This document shows, in pieces, positions 56,010 through 64,000 of a stretch of 64,000 bases of DNA; within the stretch, counting starts at the first letter, position 1, and each line of letters opens with the position of its first letter. This stretch comes from Nymphaea colorata (Eukaryota), in assembly GCF_008831285.2 (NCBI RefSeq), contig NC_045138.2:30938001-31002000 (forward strand). The letters are read 5' to 3'. The notes beneath the pieces are model-generated. The model was not told the DNA's origin, did not search any database, and saw only the letters and a list, made by a program, of their open reading frames with translations. Made by a program: the position numbers and the translations under genes.

Positions 56010-58825
56010 ATGGCCCTTTATCTCCTCCTCTTCGTCTTTCTTCTTTTTTCCTCCTGTGCTGCTGCTGACTCGCCGGCGGATGACAAGCAAGCTCTCCTGA
56101 GATTCCTCTCCGCCGTACATCGCCCTGCGCGAGTCCAGTGGAACGCCTCCTCCTCCACTCCTTGCTCGTGGGTCGGCGTCGTCTGCGATTCCGTGAGCTT
56201 CAGGGTGGTCGAACTGCACCTCCCCGGCGTCGGACTCGTCGGAAGCATCCCGCCGTCCACCATCGGCCGCTTGACCCAGCTACGTGTCATCAGCCTTCGG
56301 TCGAACCTCCTCTCCGGTCCCCTGCCCGACGATTTCGCCAATCTCAAACTCCTCCGCAGCCTCTACATCCAGCACAATCTCGTCTCCGGCGGGTTTCCGG
56401 CGTTCATTCCGTCTCTCCCCCGTCTCACCCGCCTGGACTTCTCCTTTAATCGCTTCTCCGGCCGCGTCCCCTTTGCCGTCAACAACCTCACTCACCTTAC
56501 GGGGCTGTTCCTGCAGAACAACTCGTTCTCCGGCGCCATTCCGGCCATCGACATCCCCGGCCTGACCTCCCTGAACCTCTCCAACAACCAATTTAACGGC
56601 TCCGTGCCGCGGCCGCTCCAGCGGTTCCCAGCCGAGGCCTTCACTGGCAATGTCGACCTCTGCGGCCCTCCCCTCCCTGTCCTCTGCAACCCTTTCTTTC
56701 CTTCTCCTCCGGCTCCCTCGCCTTCGTCTTCCCAGCCGCAAGCGAGCCACCGGAGGCGGCTCTCTCGTGCTGCAATCATCGTAATTGTGATTCTCTGCGC
56801 CTTGCTGTTTCTCTTGCTCTTGTTGGCCGTCTTGCTTCTGTGTCTGCGGCGAAGGCAGAGTAGAGCAGGGACGGCCAAGCCACCGACGAGGGTAGTGGAG
56901 GCGGTGGGGGGGCCTTCGTCGTCCAAGGACGAGTTTTTGAGCTCTGGTCAGGAGGCAGAGAGGAACAAGCTCGTGTTCTTCAATGGTGGTGGCTACAGCT
57001 TCGATCTGGAGGACCTGCTTAGGGCCTCTGCGGAAGTTTTGGGGAAGGGGAGCGTGGGAACGTCCTACAAAGCGGTCCTTGAAGAGGGAACCACCGTTGT
57101 AGTTAAGAGATTGAAGGACGTTGCGGTGGGGAAGAGAGAGTTCGAGGCTCAGATGGAGGTGCTCGGGAGGATTCAACACACTAATCTGGTGCCCATCCGA
57201 GCGTACTACTATTCCAAAGACGAGAAGCTTCTGGTGCTGGACTACATGCAGGCAGGAAGCTTGTCCTCTCTGCTGCACGGTAATTTGTTCATTCATTCTC
57301 GTCATCTTATCTTGGCAACTCATTTTTTTTCTTTTCTTTCTTCTGTTGTTTGCTTGCTTTCTTTCTTTCTTTCTTTCACTGTCTATGTTGTCATTCGTTG
57401 TTTGGAGCGCTTCTGGAGTACTGAATCAGATGGATGAATGGATGCGTTTAATTTCTTGGTCTGTAAGTGGCGAGTAATTAATGGATCTGACAGAGGCGCG
57501 TTTCTGCATCTAAGGAGGGAGAGTGCAGAAGGGATGTAGAGAAATGGAAAATATTGTTGGTGGGTTGGGAATGTTTGGAGATGGCATTATGATGTGTAGA
57601 TTTTGCTGCATTTTGGGATTTCTTGCAAGTTGTCGCGATGTTAGCTGGCCTAAAAAAGAAACACTAGATTTGGGTTTGATTTCTTACTTGTATTTGCTTT
57701 CATTATTAGTTTCGAGTTGTCATTTCCAGTAGGAAACTTCTTAGAAGGATCAAGGATTGAATTTTATGTCATCAGCATTGTTATGCACAAGTTCTCCAAA
57801 ATTAGAGGCTTTAACGTGACAGCCAAAGGCATTAAAGCAGAAGGAATACTTATTCCTGCAATTCTGCTGCCAGTAGTCAAACTCGAGAAAGAAGTTTCTG
57901 GGTTTTTTTCCAACTTTCATTGGCTTTGTTTTTTCATGCCTGAAATTGCTGAAAAGGGAAAAATGGTTTTTTTTGTGTGCTGGAATGCTAATGAGAACTA
58001 TGGTATTGGTTCGCACGTTAGTTTCACATGCAAGTTCTAAATGTTTCTTAAGTTTCAGTCGGAAGGAGCTCGAGAAGTTTATGAAATGATAGATCTTTTA
58101 CATCTTTCGGCGGGTATAGGCATCCCATTTGATCAATAATACGCAACATTGTTGCAGGTAGCAGAGGATCAGGAAGAACACCCTTGGACTGGGACAGCAG
58201 GATGAAAATTGCTGTACATTCAGCAAGAGGGCTAACTCACCTCCATGAAACAGCAAAGACTGTCCATGGCAACATAAAGGCCTCAAACGTCCTCCTGCGG
58301 CCGAATCTCGATGCCTGTGTCTCGGATTTCGGCCTTTCCCCACTCTTCTCCAACGCCACTACTCCTCCCACTGCGAGGGTTGCTGGCTACCGCGCTCCTG
58401 AAGTGATGGAGACACGGAAGGTTACCTACAAGTCTGACGTTTACAGCTTTGGAGTTCTGCTGCTGGAGCTCCTGACAGGGAAATCGCCCAACCAGGCTTC
58501 GTTAAACGATCAAGGGATCGATCTACCAAGGTGGGTGCAGTCGGTTGTGCGTGAAGAATGGACGGCAGAGGTCTTTGATGCGGAGTTGATGAGGTATCAA
58601 AACATTGAGGAGGAGATGGTGCAGCTGCTGCAAGTTGCCATGGCCTGCGTTGCCACGATGCCAGACCAGAGACCACAGATCAGGGATGTGTTGAGGATGA
58701 TCGAAGACATCAACCGGGCTGACACAGACGATGGGCAGCGGCAATCCTCCGACGACAAGTCGAAGGGGTCCGGTGGGAGGACGCCGCCGGAAGTTCGGAC
58801 TCCTCCTGCAGGTGCAACGCCATGA
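56010..58825 (+). CDS. LRR-III probable inactive receptor-like kinase (At2g26730-like), 2 exons
   Basis: Exons 56010-57279 and 58158-58825. Signal peptide [17 protein letters not shown] ([17 protein letters not shown]), about 5 LRRs, [12 protein letters not shown], transmembrane helix, [40 protein letters not shown] (no catalytic Asp), [26 protein letters not shown]. Confidence 0.95.
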
Positions 58826-61800
58826 AATGGAAGCAATGGAGGATGGAGGAGAAGATAGGGAAGAGCAGCATACATTCCCTCTATTCTTATCCTTTGGATT
58901 AAAGGGCTTTAGATTTTGTTTTACATGCTTTTGATATTTGATTATTGGTTGTGGTTTGGTGTTTTTTAGAATGTGCATTGTTCTTGTGCACCACTTTGCT
59001 TTGTACATACAATTGAGGGCCAGATCAAAGGAAAAGGCCTGTTTGGATTGACTGTCTGTGTTTGTGAACTCTGCGGGCATTTAGTTGATCCATGCCAAAG
59101 TTGGTCGGGTTCACCAATTGCGTCATCTCCGTGCTCATTGAACTCACTCTGGAGTTGCAGCTTGACTCAACAACTGAAGCTCCACTAAAGTTCAAGATGT
59201 TGAATTTATTGCATTATTTTCTCCAAATCATGATCTATATCATGATTTTGTCTGACTGTCTCCTATTGACATGCCGAGTGTTCTACCATCAATTTACTTG
59301 GCTAATTGATAAGCTTGTCATTTGAGTAAACATGCTTTATTTTCTTGATCTAGTCCTTTTTTTTTCTCCCCTTGTATGGACAATGCATTTGATTCTTCAT
59401 GAAACGGGTCAAACACAAATCAACTAAACCCAAGTTCGGAAGTGTGGACTAAGAATATCCCTTGATTGGCGGAGACACAGATCATGGGTCAAACTTAGAG
59501 AAATAGTGGCCATCTTCCATCCATGATCTGGTTCATCTGGATCCTGGATCTGATACCTCGTCTGGTTGTCACGCGTTTGATGATCCAATCCTTAGGTTTC
59601 AAACCCGAACCGGGATCCAGTTCTGGAGCATGATTGCGGGAACTGAATACAGTGTGATCTGTGAAGGAGAAGGCGTCGGATATTCTCGTGAATAATTGAC
59701 AGTGCGAGGGTACTTGTCTCGATTGCGCCGTCCCTGTCTAGGGGAAGCACAGCTGGCCAAGAAAAGGACGGAGATGCCCCTGACCCCTGGTCCCACCACC
59801 GCGGGGCCCACATCTGCCGTCCTAATACTGACAAAAGCGTTTCCTCGTTAACCAAAATCACCACCTCGGTCATCGAACCGATCTTAGCCCGTTTCGGGCG
59901 TCGCAACGAGCCGACCCGCGTTCGAACCCGTAACGTCATGACCACAGCGAGTCAAGTCCGAATCGCTCGTCACCAGGCCCAAGTCGGCAAATCCTCGCCG
60001 CGTCGTTCTCTTATTATTCCGCCCGTGAGATATATTTTCTCGGGACACGGGAACCGGGCGGTGGGCGGCGCTATTGTAAAAGGAGAGATTCGACGAGGGT
60101 ATTTATGTCACCGAAAAAAATCCCCCCGGACGCGTGATGCACGGTGAAAGGGGCTTGATGTCCTTTCTCCATCGAGGCTTTGAACTTTTTCGATCCGACG
60201 GTCAGGATGTCCTGATCTCCTGGCAAAGCCCCACTGTCTCCCGCACACGTTCCAGAGAGCTCGTGAAAAAGCCGATACGAACCGACATACGAGACGACCG
60301 AAGATGAATTCCGACGGTTTCATGGGTTGATAGTCTTATGGACCTGGATATAGGACCTTGATATGTCCAGACCCCAATTGGATCCAACCAAGTTTAGTAC
60401 CTGACCCGAAAGCACCTCAACATTGTGGAGTTAGATGCTTTAGCAGACAAACAATACTGGAAGTGTGCCTCCCAGAAGTAATTGTGTCAGACTTTCTAAG
60501 CTCGAAGACAAAACTGAGACGGGTCCCACTGTGGATCTGAACTCAGGTGAGAACTGTTTAGATTAGTTCTTAGCAACCAACTTGTCCTCATTCTTTTGAT
60601 AATTTAACGCCATTGGAAAGTTATTATCCAAACAAATCTATTTCAACAGACACTGTTTCTGCTGCATTATTGTGGTGGACTTCTTGGTGGAGTTTATTAC
60701 TTACTTTACACCACACAGTAGACCTTGATAGTGACTGACTGCTCACTGACAACTGCTTCCCAAGACATTGAATTCAAAGTTCAAACCCTTTTGAGCTTCA
60801 GTTTTCGATTGACTAATCTACAGCTGAGAATGATTTCAATTTGTGCTCCTTTTCAAATCATAACTTGTGCCCAAGCTTTCTTCCCCCACAGTCATGCAGA
60901 GTGGTTGTTGGCTCATGGAGTTGTTTGATCATTGAAGTGCAAACTGCTCCGAGGCTCCACTTGTCGTTCGTTACCATTTTCAACATTGAAGATTATCGAC
61001 GGCAAGAATCCAACCAAAATTCCTGGAAATTTTACTTCATTCCAAAAATGTCACGAATCATCTCTATAGCCGTGTAAGCGAAAATGAAAGAGTTTTGAAG
61101 GAGAAAGAGATATTCCGAAGAGGCCGAAACCGCTTCCATTTTTCCCTGTTCTTGGGACTTTAAGCTTTTTTTTGTAACCGAAGTAGGGGGTGGGCACCCG
61201 TCAATTAACTGGAGTTTCAAGCATTTACCGTTTACAGTTCAAATGAGTAGCATGCACATGAATCAGACTAGCGCGCAAATCTTCACTGACCCTTTAGTCG
61301 ACCAGCTATGCCCTTCTGTGGTCAAGAAACGAGTTTTGACAAATATAGATCTTTACAATATCAAGCATTTGTTTTTTATTGTCAAATATCTTAAAATATT
61401 TATCAATTACTTTTCACATAAGAAAACGAGAAGACAGCCATCGCAAATCAATAGTATCAGCCAATAAGCCAAAGGTATGAAAACTGAGACTGACAGCACT
61501 GAGTTTTTCTATTGCTAGAGAGGCAGTAGGGGTTCCTAAGAACAACTAAAACTGGATATTACAAGCCAACACTTCTTTTGTCCTTTGCCGACACATCCAA
61601 GAATCTCAATAGTTTTCCTTAGGAACGAATCGAGAAAAAAAAACTAAGGGACCATTTGGATGACATCCAAAATCAGGTTAAAAAACTAGTTTGAGCCCAT
61701 AAACCAGGCCTAATTCTTTTGTCCTTGGTCCAACACGTCCAAAGATCTCAATAGTTTTCCTTATAATTGAATTGTGGAAAGAAAACCATTTCAGGTCTGA

Positions 61801-62113
61801 ACCCAGAGTTACATCTTCTAGATTTAGTTTGTTCTCAAAAGGCCTGGTTATCACGGCTCATCCTGGGTTTTTCTTTCAGGAGCAGACCTATTATATGGTA
61901 GGAAAGCTGGCCAGATTGCGATAAACAGAACTTTCTTTTAAGAAAAAAAAAAAAAAAACCGAAACAACAGGGTCCACTACTGTGTGTAAGCAACCATTTG
62001 GACCATGTTGGTCTGTGGTTAGAACTTCCTGAGATTTGAGCATGAGCAAATGCCCACAAAAAGACTGGCCCAAAAAATTAGCAGGTTTAGATTCAACTTG
62101 TAGGCCAGATCAA

Positions 62114-64000
62114 TCAATCTTCACTACCTTGAGATCTAGCAATTTCTAAAGGAAAAGCGAAACGACCTTTATCATTAATAAGAAGGATATAATCAGCAAA
62201 TCTCATTTCTTTGTCTAACAAATACAACGTTTGATACAGAGTTTCCGTTTCGGGGTGTGATTTGTCCCCAGCAACAAAGGCATGTGATTTACCTCCTATA
62301 TGAATCCAACTGCAACCTGGATTCTTTCTCAACCCATTTATTCTCATGATATTCCTGATCTTTGTCGCGTCATGCCATCGATCAGAAGCTGCATACATGT
62401 TTGACAGAACTATGTAGTTCCCTGAATTGCTTGGTTCTAATTCAAGTAGAATTTTGAACAGGGCTTCACCAATTTCAGCATCATTCTGGTCTCTACATGC
62501 AGCAAGTAATGACCCAATAATCGGGCCATCAATTTCATTCAAAATAGAAGAAATATACGGAAGCGATTCATATATTTTTTTCCTGCGAGATAGAATGTCT
62601 ACCACGCATCCAAAGTGCTCTATTCTAGGTTGAATATTGTGAATCGAGCTCATTTCCTTGAAGATTCTCTGACCTTCATCCAAAAACCCAGCATGACTGC
62701 ATGCAGACAAGATGCTAGTGAAAGTTATGGCATCTGGTTTGATTCCTTGTAGCTGCATTTGGTTGAACAGAGAAAGAGCTTCGACAGCTTTCCCATGCAG
62801 CGCGTAGCCAGATATCATTGCATTATATAAAGGCAAGTCATTAACTGAACTCACATCAAAAACTTTTCTTGCTAGATTCACGCTCCCACATTTAGCATAC
62901 ATGTCCACAAGAGACGTCATAATCCAGGGAGATACTGCTAGGCCGTGTCTAGCTATATATGCATGAATTTGCTTTCCAGGCTGTAGAAGCGATAATGCTG
63001 TTGCAGCCATCAGCAATCCGACAATAACCATAGCATTTGGTTTCAGTCCAGCCGCTTGCATCTTCTCAAAGTGATCAAAGGCATCAGATCCATGTCCATT
63101 TTGAGCTAAGCCAGAGATCAGTGTAGTCCACGTAACTGAATTTGGCGCAGTACCAGTAGATTGCATCTGCATGAAGAAATCTTTCGCCTCTGTTACCTGT
63201 CCATTCCTCAGGAATCCCAAAATTACTGCATTCCATGATACGACGTTAGGCAGCAAACCAGCTAGCTGCATCTGGTAGAAGAGTTTAAGAGCTTCTCCAC
63301 TGCATCCAGATTCACTATAAGCTGCCATTAATGTATTCCATAATACAACATCTCTCTGCATGGTGCAATCAAAAGCCTTTCTAGCATCCTCGATCCGCCT
63401 GCATTTTCCATACATGTCAATAATGCTGCTCGCAACAAACACATCTAATTCAAGGTTGTTTCTGATACAGTAACCATGACCTTCAAGTCCATGACGCAAA
63501 TCACCACAATCTGCACATGCAGAGAGAATAGAAGCTAATGTAACTGAATCAGGCCGAAAGTTCTCGAGCTGCATTCTGCGGCACAAGTCAAGAGCATCTT
63601 CAATATGCCCATCTTGTATGTACCCAGAGATCAGCAAATTCCAAACAACAACATCCCTCTCGAGCATTAGATCAAAAACCAGCTCGGCGTCTACTATAGA
63701 GGAGCACTTTGCATAAAAATTTACAAGACCACTGCCCAGAATGCTATCCAATGGAAGGCCCAAGCGCACTGCAATAGCATGACCCTGTTTACCCTCACTT
63801 AATGATGCTAAATTTGCTGAAGCCGAAAGAAAACTTGCAATGGTAACTCGTGACGGCTCCACATCGCTCTCAACCCTCATCTGATAGAACAACCTCAAGG
63901 CCTCTTCATTCTCACCATTCTGGAAATAACCAACAAGCATGGAATTCCAAGCGACTGCATTTTTCTCGGGAATTTCATCAAACACTAGGCGTGCACACCC
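62114..64000 (-). CDS. CRR21: PLS-class E/E+ pentatricopeptide repeat protein, CRR21-like plastid RNA-editing factor; 5' end lies beyond the window
   Basis: Uninterrupted ORF running off the window edge, with PLS repeats (FDEIPEKNAVAWNSMLVGY, DMYGKC, ITFTSILSACSHAG), an E motif (NYIVLSNMYA..RKNPGCSWI) and E+ (FVAGDKSHP), and no DYW. The segment WNTLMAAYSESGCSGEALKLFYQMQL..ILGFLRNGQVTEAKD closely matches At5g55740/CRR21 as I recall it. Confidence 0.85.
   Translation of the reverse strand, partial: GCARLVFDEIPEKNAVAWNSMLVGYFQNGENEEALRLFYQMRVESDVEPSRVTIASFLSASANLASLSEGKQGHAIAVRLGLPLDSILGSGLVNFYAKCSSIVDAELVFDLMLERDVVVWNLLISGYIQDGHIEDALDLCRRMQLENFRPDSVTLASILSACADCGDLRHGLEGHGYCIRNNLELDVFVASSIIDMYGKCRRIEDARKAFDCTMQRDVVLWNTLMAAYSESGCSGEALKLFYQMQLAGLLPNVVSWNAVILGFLRNGQVTEAKDFFMQMQSTGTAPNSVTWTTLISGLAQNGHGSDAFDHFEKMQAAGLKPNAMVIVGLLMAATALSLLQPGKQIHAYIARHGLAVSPWIMTSLVDMYAKCGSVNLARKVFDVSSVNDLPLYNAMISGYALHGKAVEALSLFNQMQLQGIKPDAITFTSILSACSHAGFLDEGQRIFKEMSSIHNIQPRIEHFGCVVDILSRRKKIYESLPYISSILNEIDGPIIGSLLAACRDQNDAEIGEALFKILLELEPSNSGNYIVLSNMYAASDRWHDATKIRNIMRINGLRKNPGCSWIHIGGKSHAFVAGDKSHPETETLYQTLYLLDKEMRFADYILLINDKGRFAFPLEIARSQGSED

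Noticed and set aside
55710..57323. Long antisense ORFs (169 aa, 347 aa) over the RLK
   Set aside because: Expected shadows of a GC-rich coding exon, with no recognisable domains.
59880..59940. GTTCGAACCC resembling a tRNA T-loop
   Set aside because: The flanks do not pair into a T-stem or acceptor stem.
61578..61775. Short local duplications (also about 762-840, 19180-19350, 46537-46600)
   Set aside because: Ordinary two-copy duplications, not repeat-spacer arrays; nothing CRISPR-like.

Overview
Land-plant (angiosperm) nuclear DNA: AT-rich, with spliced genes, MITEs and (TA)n/(GA)n microsatellites. Six protein-coding genes can be reconstructed from GT-AG exon structure. (1) EFM/HHO4-like GARP (HRS1/NIGT1 family) transcription factor (+, 8646-12046). 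(2) Plastid Na+/pyruvate symporter BASS2 (-, 13667-23857, 13 exons). (3) CHLOROPLAST VESICULATION (CV) homologue (-, 27308-28085). (4) DBP1-type DNA-binding PP2C (+, 33020-39268). (5) LRR-III atypical receptor-like kinase (+, 56010-58825). (6) CRR21-like PLS-E PPR protein (-, 62114 to beyond the window end). The intergenic DNA holds several non-autonomous DNA transposon families, a Ty1/copia 3' remnant, an isolated AP-4 sigma gene fragment, two SINE-like heads and local duplications. The most notable observations are the head-to-head CV-DBP1 pair (the Arabidopsis homologues At2g25625/At2g25620 have adjacent locus IDs), stacked uORFs before the RLK, apparent spliced exons downstream of the BASS2 stop, a GARP/P1BS motif cluster upstream of EFM and an orphan CpG-rich island. 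I found no clear new multi-gene system. Gene names come from recalled family sequences, not from a database search.
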